From positions 750-64,749 of the forward strand of contig CAZSPC010000001.1 in NCBI GenBank assembly GCA_964608745.1: DNA of 64,000 nucleotides, in the 5' to 3' direction. This DNA is from an uncultured Candidatus Saccharibacteria bacterium (GTDB lineage Bacteria; Patescibacteriota; Minisyncoccia; Phycocordibacterales; UBA12079). The position numbers were made by a program, and so were the translations under genes. Below the pieces are notes generated by a model. It was not told the DNA's origin and ran no database searches. It was given only the letters and a program-made list of their open reading frames with translations. Of this stretch, positions 28,595 to 38,084 are shown piece by piece (positions within the stretch are counted from its first letter, which is position 1; each line of letters opens with the position of its first letter).

Positions 28595-28680
28595 AAACGG
28601 TGGGTGTCCGACACCCACTTTTTTTGTTTTATTTTTGTGTATAATAGTTAGTGTTTATTAAATAGAAAATAATATTAGAT

Positions 28681-29271
28681 ATGGATAAAAAACAAACATT
28701 TATATTTATTGGTCGATCTGGGTGTGGAAAAGGAACTCAAATCGACTTACTATCAGAAAAATTAAAAGAAAAAACTCCTGATATTGGAATTAATTATATT
28801 AGTACCGGGCAGGATCTGAGAAAATTTTGGGAGGGGGACACTTATACTCATAAACTCTCAAAAGAAATCGTTGAGGCGGGCAGTTTGCAACCAGAATTTC
28901 TAGTCACATACCTTTGGGGGAAAGACTTGGTAGAAGATATGACCGGCAACGAACACCTTATTCTTGACGGAACACCTAGGCGTCTTAATGAGGCCGAAAT
29001 GTTGGATTCGGCAATTAAATTTTACCAAAGAGAAAATCCAACCGTAATTTATATGAATGTTTCTCGGGAGTGGTCGACAGATAGGTTGTTGGGCAGAGGT
29101 CGACACGATGATGACAAAGAGCAAATTAAAAAAAGATTAGATTGGTTTGACGCAGACGTAATGCCGGCAGTGGAATATCTCAAAAATAATTCAACATATA
29201 GTTTTCTGGATATAAATGGTGAGCAAACTATTGAGGAGGTGCATCAAGAAATAATGGAAAAAATAAAATAA
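28681..29271 (+). CDS. adk: adenylate kinase
   Basis: P-loop IGRSGCGKGTQ; operon context before map. Confidence 0.85.
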   Translation: MDKKQTFIFIGRSGCGKGTQIDLLSEKLKEKTPDIGINYISTGQDLRKFWEGDTYTHKLSKEIVEAGSLQPEFLVTYLWGKDLVEDMTGNEHLILDGTPRRLNEAEMLDSAIKFYQRENPTVIYMNVSREWSTDRLLGRGRHDDDKEQIKKRLDWFDADVMPAVEYLKNNSTYSFLDINGEQTIEEVHQEIMEKIK

Positions 29272-29367
29272 TCCAAAAATCGGCTGAAACTATTTATGAA
29301 AACTCCTTTTAAAAGGAGTTTTTTAAATCTTTTGACTTTATAAACTTTTAACACTATACTGACATCT

Positions 29368-30141
29368 ATGAACTATACAGAAGAAGAAATTAATATTTTA
29401 CGAGAGGGTGGTCGGCGATTAGCGACTATTTTGAATAAAGTAGCTGAAAAAACCATTGTTGGAGCAAAAATTTCTGATCTAAATGATTATGCCGAAAAAT
29501 TAATTTATGAGGGTGATGATAAACCTGCTTTTTTAAATTACCAACCGGATGGAGCAAAATCTCCTTATCCAGCTTCTTTGTGTGTGTCTGTAAATGATGA
29601 AATTGTCCACGGTGTTTCAAAAAATAATAATAGAATTTTAAAAGAAGGGGATATTGTTGGGATTGATCTCGGTCTTACCCATAAGGGTTTGGTCACAGAT
29701 ACAGCAATCACTATTGGTGTAGGAAATATAGATGGGGTCTCAAAAAAACTTTTGGAAAATACAAAACAGGCTTTATATGAGGGTATAAAAGTAGTGAGGC
29801 CGGGGAATACAACGGGTGATATTGGTTTTGCAATTGAAAGTTTTGCTAAAAGTACTGGTTTTGGAATAGTGGATGAATTAGGTGGACATGGGGTTGGTAG
29901 AAGTGTTCATGAAGAACCTTTTATTCCTAATGTTGGTAAAAAAGGTGAAGGACAGGTATTAAAAGAGGGAATGGTTATTGCTTTGGAGCCGATGTTGACG
30001 GAGGGTAGTAGTCAAATAATTTTAGCAGAAGATGGATTTACTTATAAAACAGCTGATGGTGGGTTGAGTGCTCAATTTGAGCATACAGTTTTGATAGTAA
30101 ATGATGGGGTGGAAATTTTAACTAAAAAAACCGGCGAATAA
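29368..30141 (+). CDS. map: methionine aminopeptidase type I
   Basis: Metal-ligand motifs (DIVGIDLG, HGVGRSVHE, EPM) typical of MetAP. Confidence 0.9.
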   Translation: MNYTEEEINILREGGRRLATILNKVAEKTIVGAKISDLNDYAEKLIYEGDDKPAFLNYQPDGAKSPYPASLCVSVNDEIVHGVSKNNNRILKEGDIVGIDLGLTHKGLVTDTAITIGVGNIDGVSKKLLENTKQALYEGIKVVRPGNTTGDIGFAIESFAKSTGFGIVDELGGHGVGRSVHEEPFIPNVGKKGEGQVLKEGMVIALEPMLTEGSSQIILAEDGFTYKTADGGLSAQFEHTVLIVNDGVEILTKKTGE

Positions 30142-30155
30142 ATCGCCGGTAGTTA

Positions 30156-30365
30156 TTATGTTTGTATGCTCATATATTCCACATTACCGTCAGGAAACAT
30201 GTGCATTCTTTTGCCGTGTATACAGGTAGTGCTGGTTCCATCAAGATTGTGAAGGGTCCAACACATCCATTTATTACAACGACGAAAAGTACCGTCACCA
30301 CATTCTACCTTTTCCGTTAATCTACCATTACACCCAGAAACTTTACATTTATTTGTATTGTCCAT
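30156..30365 (-). CDS. small Cys-rich protein (69 aa, 8 Cys)
   Basis: AAGGAG SD on minus strand; CxxxxC...C...C...C..C pattern; locally elevated GC. Confidence 0.4.
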   Translation of the reverse strand: MDNTNKCKVSGCNGRLTEKVECGDGTFRRCNKWMCWTLHNLDGTSTTCIHGKRMHMFPDGNVEYMSIQT

Positions 30366-30425
30366 TTTTCTCCTTTTGAGGTTAATTTAGATTTCTATAA
30401 ATAACATTAACATGTTTAATATATC

Positions 30426-31112
30426 ATGCAAGAAAAAATTTGGGAAAAAGAATATAGGAATTCAAAATTTGTAACTGGTAATTCAAAACCCCAGAAATTT
30501 TTTCTGCGATTTTTGAAATATTTAAAAAAGCAGAAAATTTTAACTGATTTAAACAATATAAAAGTGCTTGATTTAGGGTCGGGGATGGGTAAGAATGCTA
30601 ATTATTTGGCTCAAAAAGAGGCTCGGGTAGTTGGTATGGAAATTTCTGATATCGCAGTAGGTATTGCTCAAGAGCGAGCAAAAGAACTTGGTTCTGGTGT
30701 TCAGTATTTAAAACATAGTATTGGTGAAAAATATCCTTTTGGTGATAGTAGTTTTGATTTAATTATTGATATTACCTCGTCTAATTCGTTGAATGAAAAA
30801 GAAAGAAAGATATACTTGGAAGAGGTTGATAGGGTATTTAAAAAGAACGGAATATTTTTCGTCAGAGCATTGTGCAAAGACGGGGACAAAAACGCAAAAC
30901 ATCTTTTAAAAAATAATCCAGGGGTAGAGAAAGATACTTATATAATGCCAGAGACTGGTTTGCGAGAAAATGTTTTTTCCAAGAAAGATTTTGTAGAAAT
31001 GTATTCACAATATTTTGAAATTTTAGATATACAAAAAACCGAAAGTTATATGAGGGTGGATAATAGGTTATTCAAAAGAAAATTTTGGTTAGCGACAATG
31101 AAGAAAAATTAA
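30426..31112 (+). CDS. class I SAM-dependent methyltransferase
   Basis: Motif I VLDLGSGMGKNANYLA and acidic motif II region. Confidence 0.6.
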   Translation: MQEKIWEKEYRNSKFVTGNSKPQKFFLRFLKYLKKQKILTDLNNIKVLDLGSGMGKNANYLAQKEARVVGMEISDIAVGIAQERAKELGSGVQYLKHSIGEKYPFGDSSFDLIIDITSSNSLNEKERKIYLEEVDRVFKKNGIFFVRALCKDGDKNAKHLLKNNPGVEKDTYIMPETGLRENVFSKKDFVEMYSQYFEILDIQKTESYMRVDNRLFKRKFWLATMKKN

Positions 31113-31251
31113 AAAACTTAGAAGCAAGGCTTCTAAGTTTTTTAATTTTTCTTCATTGTTTAGTAATAGGTATAAGTTTGGATTTGTTTTATTGTTGTGT
31201 TAATATTACCTTTAATTATTTTATTAAAAAATATTAAATAAATTAAAAAAT

Positions 31252-31821
31252 ATGCAAAAAGAAAGAAGTCTTATTTTATTAAAACCCGATGTTGTTGCTC
31301 GTGGTTTGGTTGGGGAGATTATTTCGCGATTTGAAAGAGTTGGTTTAAAAATTGTAGCAATGAAAATGGAGGATACAAGAGTTGATGTTGCGAAAATTCA
31401 TTATGAAAAAGACGATGAGTGGTTGATAAAGGTTGGAGAAGGATTGATAAAAAACAAGGACTTAGGACCAAACGAAGATCCTAAAAAGCATGGACAAGAG
31501 ATTTGCGATCAGTTGTCGGCGGATCTGACGATTTATCCTATTGTTGCTATTGTTCTCGAGGGGCATAATACCGTTAGTCTTGTAAGAAAAATGGTAGGAG
31601 AGACTTCCCCTGAAAATGCAACCCCAGGAACTATCAGAGGTGATTATTCTCAAGATACTTATGAGTTAGCTAATGTTTATAATCGACCTGTGATAAATCT
31701 AGTTCATGCTTCTGGGACTGTAGAAGAGGCTGAAAAAGAAATTAAATTATGGTTTAAAGAGGATGAGTTAACTTGTTGGACAAAACCTGATGAAATTGTT
31801 AAGTTCAGAAAAGGAGAATAA
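31252..31821 (+). CDS. ndk: nucleoside diphosphate kinase
   Basis: NDK N-terminal LKPD fold motif LKPDVVARGLVGEIISRFE. Confidence 0.8.
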   Translation: MQKERSLILLKPDVVARGLVGEIISRFERVGLKIVAMKMEDTRVDVAKIHYEKDDEWLIKVGEGLIKNKDLGPNEDPKKHGQEICDQLSADLTIYPIVAIVLEGHNTVSLVRKMVGETSPENATPGTIRGDYSQDTYELANVYNRPVINLVHASGTVEEAEKEIKLWFKEDELTCWTKPDEIVKFRKGE

Positions 31822-32067
31822 GATTTTTTTAAAATCTGCAAGCATTGTTTGTTTGCAGATTTTTTATTTTGATAATATAATACTAATAAGGCTCTCTGGA
31901 AATTATATTTCTAGCTAACGCATTTTAAGGGAATTTCTGTAAGGTTGCATCTTGGTGTAGTCTTCAAAATTTTACCCAACCTAGATTTTTTCTAGGAATA
32001 AATGTCCCAGATAGCCTAATACAGAAAACCATCCGTCCTAGATTGGCGGATGGTTTTTGTATTTTAA

Positions 32068-32208
32068 TTATTCCAAAATCGGCGAACTTTGGTTTTGTTT
32101 TTTAAAATTTTCTAAGGTTACCCGGTAACCTAGCCTATCGGCCTGGTTACCGGGTAACCGAAAATTTTAAAAAACAAAACCGAATTTCATCCAATTTTGG
32201 AATAATTG
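32068..32208 (+). repeat. family B-like long inverted repeat
   Basis: ccaaaatcggcgaactttggttttgtttttt...ggttacccggtaacc...aaaaaacaaaaccgaatttcatccaattttgg. Confidence 0.55.
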
Positions 32209-32254
32209 ATTTTTGGGTTTAATTTTTTAGAACAAAAAAGCTATAATATTATAG

Positions 32255-32692
32255 ATGGAAAAATCTAAAAAACAATTATTTATTTTTAATATCCTATTGA
32301 TAATTATAATTGCTATTTTAAATAAAGTAGCTCTTAATTTTTTCTTATATTGGAAGTGGTGGTGGTTTGATATTATGATGCACTTTTTGGGTGGCCTTTG
32401 GGTTGGTGGTGCAACTCTTTGGGTTTATTATTTTTCTGGTTATTTTAGAGCAAATCAAAATAAAAAAATCTTACTTTGGTTGTCAATAATTTCTGTTGTT
32501 GTTATAGGTGTAGGCTGGGAGGTGTTTGAGTTTGTGACCGCAATCGAAATTTTCTCTGATGGCTATGTTGGAGATACTATTCTTGACTTAATTATGGATA
32601 CGACAGGTGCGGTTGTTGCGTATTTTATGTTGATAAAGTGTATTGAGGTAAGGGATAAAGATCAAAAAATAGATGAAAATTATAAAAAATAA
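32255..32692 (+). CDS. hypothetical membrane protein (145 aa)
   Basis: 4 predicted TM helices. Confidence 0.4.
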   Translation: MEKSKKQLFIFNILLIIIIAILNKVALNFFLYWKWWWFDIMMHFLGGLWVGGATLWVYYFSGYFRANQNKKILLWLSIISVVVIGVGWEVFEFVTAIEIFSDGYVGDTILDLIMDTTGAVVAYFMLIKCIEVRDKDQKIDENYKK

Positions 32693-32914
32693 ATAACTCA
32701 ACGGGTTGAGTTATTTAAAAAGGCTTGGTTGAGCCATTTTTTATATCTTTATTAGGTGGCTTAGTTAGGCTAAAATAAACGGCTCACGAGTGAGTCGTTT
32801 AAAACGCTCAGCAAAGCCATTGTGGGCCATCCGATGGCCCACTTTTTAGTAAAAAATTCAATGGCTCACACGTGAGCCATTGAATTTTTCTATTTTTCTT
32901 ATTTACTTTTTTTA

Positions 32915-33262
32915 CTACTTAACTATCTTTTGGGTAATTCTTTTGAATATTTCCGGATTGTTTTCTGCAAGATCTGCTAACATTTTTCTATTTAATTCAA
33001 TTTTATTTTTCTTCAAATCCCCAATGAATTTACTATATGTTAGTCCCAGAGCTCTTAAACCAGCGTTAATTTTGATTTGCCACAGTCTTCTAAAATCACC
33101 CTTTTTCTTTTTTCTGTGATTATAGGCATGTACTCCGGCATGTAGGATTGCTTCGTGAGCCTGTTTCTTTTTTGTTGACCGAGCATTACGATAACCCTTG
33201 GTTAGGCCAAGTGTTTTTCTTCTCCTCTTTAATTTAGTTGTTCCTCTTTTTATTCTTGTCAT
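32915..33262 (-). CDS. rplT: 50S ribosomal protein L20
   Basis: MTRIKRGTTKLKRRRKTLGLTKGYRNARS... matches L20. Confidence 0.9.
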   Translation of the reverse strand: MTRIKRGTTKLKRRRKTLGLTKGYRNARSTKKKQAHEAILHAGVHAYNHRKKKKGDFRRLWQIKINAGLRALGLTYSKFIGDLKKNKIELNRKMLADLAENNPEIFKRITQKIVK

Positions 33263-33267
33263 TTTGA

Positions 33268-33385
33268 TAGGGTTATAGGGCTTAGCGTTTAGGGTTATAG
33301 GTAAAAAACCTTTGATTTTTTGATGAATTTTGCCTTTGGCAAAATTTGTCTCCCTACACCCCTAAACGCTAATCGCTAAACGCTT
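33268..33385 (-). repeat. family A structured repeat upstream of rplT (inverted, matching gene orientation)
   Basis: order of inner hairpins is reversed on + strand, i.e. element is oriented with the minus-strand gene. Confidence 0.7.
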
Positions 33386-33391
33386 TAAATA

Positions 33392-33565
33392 TTAAAACCT
33401 AGCTCTATCTTTCGTGGAAAGTTTAATTTTAATAGCTCTTTTCTTTTTCATACTCTTCTTCCCACTTTCTTTGGCATTAAAATGACCCTGACCAATCTTT
33501 CGTGTGATTAGCTTGCCTTTCTTTGTTTTCTTTATTCTTTTGGCTAGTGATTTGTTTGTTTTCAT
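33392..33565 (-). CDS. rpmI: 50S ribosomal protein L35
   Basis: MKTNKSLAKRIKKTKKGKL... basic 57-aa protein between infC and rplT; longer ORF to 33664 is an upstream extension. Confidence 0.8.
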   Translation of the reverse strand: MKTNKSLAKRIKKTKKGKLITRKIGQGHFNAKESGKKSMKKKRAIKIKLSTKDRARF

Positions 33566-33880
33566 ATTTTTCTTAATGAGCCTTGCGAGTTTAGAAACAA
33601 TATGAACCCAGCTCAAGTTTTGGTTTTGAGAAATTTTTATAAAATAAAAATTTCTCAAAACCAAAACTTGGGGCTGGGTCTGTTCCTAATCCACAGTATC
33701 TTACCTTAAAACTTAAAAATATTCAAGGTTTTATTAAGAAAACTTGAATGTTTAAATTGTTTCAATTTTGAGGGAAGTTCGAGGCGCAAGCAAAAAATTT
33801 TATGAGCCTTATAAACATAAGGTGAATGAAATTTTTTGTGAAGTAACGAAGAAATTCACCAAAATTGGAATAATTTTGGA

Positions 33881-34408
33881 TTATTTTCTTTCTAGGAACA
33901 TGGTAAGCCCTTTCGGACTCTTCTTCGGCCCATCTGCTACTTTATAATCTTCTGTAACCAAATTTAAAACTCTCTGCAATCTTCCTTCCAAAAACTTTTT
34001 ATCAGCATATTTCATTCTTCCGATCAGGAAAAGATCAAGTTTAATCCTGTTTCCTTCTTTGAGCCATTTAGAAATATTTTTAGCTTTCAGGGCAAGGTCG
34101 TGTTCACCGGTTCCCACTTTCACTTGAACCACTTTTGTCTCGGTTGTGTGAGCTTTGGCTTTAGCTTCTTTTTTCTTTTTCTTTTCGTCGTATTGATATT
34201 TTCCATAATCCATTATTTTAACAATCGGTGGTTTTGCATTAGGAGAAATTTCGATCAAATCAAGTTCTGATTCTTGAGCCTTTTGTAAAGCCTCTCTACT
34301 ATCCATAACACCTAGGTTCTCACCATCAGCCGTAAGAACCCTCACTTCACGAGCGCGAATTGATTCGTTTATTCTTGTCCTGGGACCGTAATTTTTATAT
34401 CTTTTCAT
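33881..34408 (-). CDS. infC: translation initiation factor IF-3
   Basis: IF-3 N- and C-domain similarity; infC-rpmI-rplT order. Confidence 0.85.
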   Translation of the reverse strand: MKRYKNYGPRTRINESIRAREVRVLTADGENLGVMDSREALQKAQESELDLIEISPNAKPPIVKIMDYGKYQYDEKKKKKEAKAKAHTTETKVVQVKVGTGEHDLALKAKNISKWLKEGNRIKLDLFLIGRMKYADKKFLEGRLQRVLNLVTEDYKVADGPKKSPKGLTMFLERK

Positions 34409-34466
34409 AATTGGCTAATTTATACCATTTATTTAAGTCAAAAACAACTTATGTTACAATACTTTT

Positions 34467-35054
34467 ATGAAAGATCGGACAGAAAAATTAAAAAAAATAA
34501 AAGACGAACTTTTAGATTTTAAGGAATCGCCTTTATATCAATACAGGATAGATAATAAATGCTTTCCGGTAATTGGAGAGGGGGATCATAATGCTGAAAT
34601 TATGTTTATCGGTGAAGCACCAGGTAAAAACGAAGCAATGACAGGTAGACCTTTTTGTGGGGCATCGGGAAAAATGTTAGATACATTACTGGAATCTGTT
34701 GGGATAGATAGAAAAGATGTATATGTAACCAATATTGTAAAAGATCGTCCTCAAGACAATCGCGATCCGTCAACAGAAGAAATAAAATTATACGGACCTT
34801 TCTTAGATAGGCAAATAGAAATAATTCAACCGAAAATAATAGCAACTCTTGGGAGGTTTTCAATGGAATACATAATGAAACATTTTGGACTGGAAAGTCA
34901 GCTTGAGCCAATAAGTCAAGCTCATGGAAAATCCTATGAAGCGAGTTTTTCTTATGGTAAAGTAAAGATTATTCCTTTATATCATCCGGCTGTTGCTTTG
35001 TATAATGGTGGAATGCGGGAAACTTTATTAGAAGACTTTAAAATATTAAGATAA
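34467..35054 (+). CDS. uracil-DNA glycosylase, family 4
   Basis: GEGDHNAEIMFIGEAPGKNE...GRPFCGASGKMLD motif A and HPA motif B. Confidence 0.8.
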   Translation: MKDRTEKLKKIKDELLDFKESPLYQYRIDNKCFPVIGEGDHNAEIMFIGEAPGKNEAMTGRPFCGASGKMLDTLLESVGIDRKDVYVTNIVKDRPQDNRDPSTEEIKLYGPFLDRQIEIIQPKIIATLGRFSMEYIMKHFGLESQLEPISQAHGKSYEASFSYGKVKIIPLYHPAVALYNGGMRETLLEDFKILR

Positions 35055-35193
35055 ACATACTAATCTACAAATAATACTAATATAACAAATAGCATAACAA
35101 ATTTTTGTATAAAAATATTTTCTAATTTTTTCATATTTGCAGGCTATTCGTAGCATTAGTATAATTCGTATATTGGTGTATTAAATTTAAATT

Positions 35194-36684
35194 ATGAATT
35201 TACAAAAAACATTACAAAACACAACCCTACGAGTTGTCTTGGTCGGCTTGCTGGCATTACTCTTACTTATTCCTGTTGGAATGATTCAATCTATTATTTT
35301 TGATAGAGAAATGAATCGGGAGTCCGCAATTCAAGATATCACCTCAAAATGGGGAAATGAACAAATCATTGCTGGGCCGGTTTTGACTGTTCCTTATGAT
35401 TCGTATAAGACGGTAGATGGTAAACAATTAAAAGAAACTGCTTTTGCACATTTTTTACCCGAGGATTTGAATATTAAATCAACAATCGTTCCTGAACTAA
35501 GATCGCGTGATATTTATGATGCGGTTGTTTATTCATCAGATATTTCATTTTCAGGAGGTTTCAAAAAACCAGATTTTAGAGCATTGGGAATTAACCCCCA
35601 GTTTGTTCATTGGAATGAAGCTTTCGTAGCGGTTGGTATTCCTGATATTCGTGGTGTAGAAGAGAGAGTAGAAATGAATTTTGGTGATCAAAAACTAGCG
35701 TTTGTTTCCGGAGTTAAAACCGATGATGTTATTCGAGATATGGGAACTTATCATTATGATGATAGACCTTGGGATGTTTATGGGCGAGATGTTTATGGGC
35801 GAAATGAAATGGCTGTGTCAAAAGCAATGCGGATTGACGATGATCAAGGAGGTGTTTCTTCTGGTTTGAGTGCTGTTGTGCCAGCTAATCTTTTGTACTC
35901 AGATAATGATTTTGAGTTCACTCTTAAATTAAGAGGGGGTGAAAGATTATCTTTTGTTCCAATTGGAAAAACAACTAATGTAGAAATGGGTTCAGACTGG
36001 ACAGCACCGAGTTTTGATGGAGCGTATCTACCGGACAACAGAGAAGTGGGAGACGAAGGGTTTACATCCCAATGGAAAGTCTTGGATTTAAACAGAAATT
36101 ATCCTCAATCTTGGACAGGGAGCATTTACAATATTTATGATTCAGCATTTGGTGTCAGTCTTTTGGAGCCGGTTGATGGTTATCAAAAATCAGAAAGATC
36201 AGCCAAGTATGCTATTTTGATTATTGCTTTGACTTTCTTGGTATTCTTATCATTTGAAATTTTCAATCAAAGAAGGATTCATCCAATTCAATATATTTTG
36301 GTGGGGTTGGCGCTAGTACTGTTTTATGCTTTGCTAGTTTCAATTTCAGAGTTGATTGGATTTAATCAGGCCTATGGGATAGCCGGTATTGCAACAATTG
36401 GTTTGATTCTTTTGTATTCTCAAACCATTTTGAAAGAAAAGGGGTTCGTTGCTATTGAGGGAGGTATTTTGTTGTTCTTGTATGCATTCATTTACATCTT
36501 ACTTCAATTGGAAGATTATGCATTGTTCATTGGTAGTGTTGGATTGTTTGTAATTTTGGCAACAATAATGTACTTATCTCGCAAAGTTGATTGGTATTCT
36601 CTTGATTATAGAAAAAATGAATCTGTTGAATTGGATGAATTGTATGAATCAACGGAGGTAGTTGATGGAGATTTTTGGAAATAA
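35194..36684 (+). CDS. CreD-like cell-envelope membrane protein (N-terminal TM, large extracytoplasmic domain, C-terminal multi-TM)
   Basis: Topology and length consistent with CreD family; no catalytic motif. Confidence 0.4.
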   Translation: MNLQKTLQNTTLRVVLVGLLALLLLIPVGMIQSIIFDREMNRESAIQDITSKWGNEQIIAGPVLTVPYDSYKTVDGKQLKETAFAHFLPEDLNIKSTIVPELRSRDIYDAVVYSSDISFSGGFKKPDFRALGINPQFVHWNEAFVAVGIPDIRGVEERVEMNFGDQKLAFVSGVKTDDVIRDMGTYHYDDRPWDVYGRDVYGRNEMAVSKAMRIDDDQGGVSSGLSAVVPANLLYSDNDFEFTLKLRGGERLSFVPIGKTTNVEMGSDWTAPSFDGAYLPDNREVGDEGFTSQWKVLDLNRNYPQSWTGSIYNIYDSAFGVSLLEPVDGYQKSERSAKYAILIIALTFLVFLSFEIFNQRRIHPIQYILVGLALVLFYALLVSISELIGFNQAYGIAGIATIGLILLYSQTILKEKGFVAIEGGILLFLYAFIYILLQLEDYALFIGSVGLFVILATIMYLSRKVDWYSLDYRKNESVELDELYESTEVVDGDFWK

Positions 36685-36803
36685 AATTTAAAAGATTTAG
36701 GATTTAGGATTTAAGATGTAAGATTTAAGAATTCAAAAATTAAAGGAATTCGCTTTGCGAATTCCTTTTCTTAAATCTTAAATCATAAATCTTTGTTAAG
36801 ATT

Positions 36804-37712
36804 ATGCAAATTAAAAATCATCTTAGACTTAGTGTTCTTATTCTAATCATATTTGCGGTTATTATTGTTTGGTATGCAATTTTTCGTGAAAATCGGGATT
36901 ATTTAACAGTTGCTTTTTTGGATGTGGGGCAGGGGGATGCGATTTTTATTGAATCCCCTGATGGTAAACAAGTTTTAATTGATGGAGGAAAAAATAACCA
37001 AGTGTTAAGACAGCTTTCAAAACAAATGCCTTTTTATGATCGCTCAATTGATATGGTTGTAATGACTCATCCGGATGCTGATCATGTTGGAGGGCTACCA
37101 GCTATTTTAGAAAATTTTCAGGTTGATTTTGTTATGGAGTCGGGGGTAACATCTGATACAGGAGTTTATCGTGAATTCGAAAATCTAATTGAAGAAAAAG
37201 AAATTCAAAAAATAATTGCTCAACAAGGACAAAAAATTCCTCTTTGCAATCAGCAGAAAAAACAAACAGACCTTAAACCCTCGTCCCTCATTCCTTATTC
37301 CTGTTCTGTTTGGTTGGAAGTGTTGTTTCCGGTGGGGAATGCTGTTGAAATGGAATCTAATACAGCCTCGATTGTTCTGAAATTGGTTCATGGAGAAAAC
37401 TCTTTTTTACTAACGGGTGATTCACCAAAATCGATAGAAAAGTATTTAGTTGAAAGTCTTGGAGATTATCTTGATGTAGATGTTTTAAAATTAGGACACC
37501 ACGGGTCAAAAACATCTTCATCGGATTTGTTGTTGGGGTTTACTAGTCCAGATATAGCAATAGTTTCAGCTGGTCTTGATAATCGATATGGACATCCACA
37601 CAAAGAAGTTACAGGTTTATTAGAACAATTTGAGATAGATTTGTTGGGGACTTATGATTTGGGTAATATAATTTTTGAATCAGATGGACAGGGCTTAAAG
37701 GTTGAAAAATAA
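36804..37712 (+). CDS. membrane-anchored metallo-beta-lactamase-fold protein, ComEC/Rec2 C-terminal-domain-like
   Basis: N-terminal TM; HPDADHVGG and GHHGSKTSSS motifs. Confidence 0.55.
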   Translation: MQIKNHLRLSVLILIIFAVIIVWYAIFRENRDYLTVAFLDVGQGDAIFIESPDGKQVLIDGGKNNQVLRQLSKQMPFYDRSIDMVVMTHPDADHVGGLPAILENFQVDFVMESGVTSDTGVYREFENLIEEKEIQKIIAQQGQKIPLCNQQKKQTDLKPSSLIPYSCSVWLEVLFPVGNAVEMESNTASIVLKLVHGENSFLLTGDSPKSIEKYLVESLGDYLDVDVLKLGHHGSKTSSSDLLLGFTSPDIAIVSAGLDNRYGHPHKEVTGLLEQFEIDLLGTYDLGNIIFESDGQGLKVEK

Positions 37713-37761
37713 ATAAAAAATACTCTTTTTTTCTTTTGGAAAAGGTGCTAATATTTTACAT

Positions 37762-38052
37762 ATGAGTAAATTAAGCACAATACTTCTATCTGTTGTTTTG
37801 GGGTCTTTGTCCGGTCCGGTTTTTTATTTTACGCGTATGCTTGGGCTTATACGCGGGTCTGATCCTGATTTTTTATGGTGGCTAATTCCTTTTATTGTCT
37901 CTGTAATTATAGTGATGGTTGTTTTTTTCTTGATTTTAGATTTGAAAAGACAAGATATGCTTGTAAAAGGTATTCTCTTTATTGTTTTGTATAATATAAT
38001 GAATTGGGTATCTTTTATGGTGTCTTGGTTAGTGAGTGGAGATGGAATGTAG
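37762..38052 (+). CDS. small hypothetical membrane protein (96 aa)
   Basis: 3 hydrophobic helices. Confidence 0.35.
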   Translation: MSKLSTILLSVVLGSLSGPVFYFTRMLGLIRGSDPDFLWWLIPFIVSVIIVMVVFFLILDLKRQDMLVKGILFIVLYNIMNWVSFMVSWLVSGDGM

Positions 38053-38084
38053 TTAAATAAGTTTTTTTAATTTATAACTTGAAA

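Larger units (their letters stand above)
16941..28627 (+). mobile_element. RAYT/REP-bounded accessory island inserted between secY and adk
   Basis: Two direct-orientation RAYT paralogs with cognate REP palindromes flank 5 cargo genes at a junction that is normally secY-adk. Confidence 0.5.

Noticed and set aside
33566-33664. Long version of rpmI ORF (90 aa)
   Set aside because: The N-terminal 33 residues are non-conserved and overlap the leader hairpin. The L35 alignment starts at MKTNK (33565).
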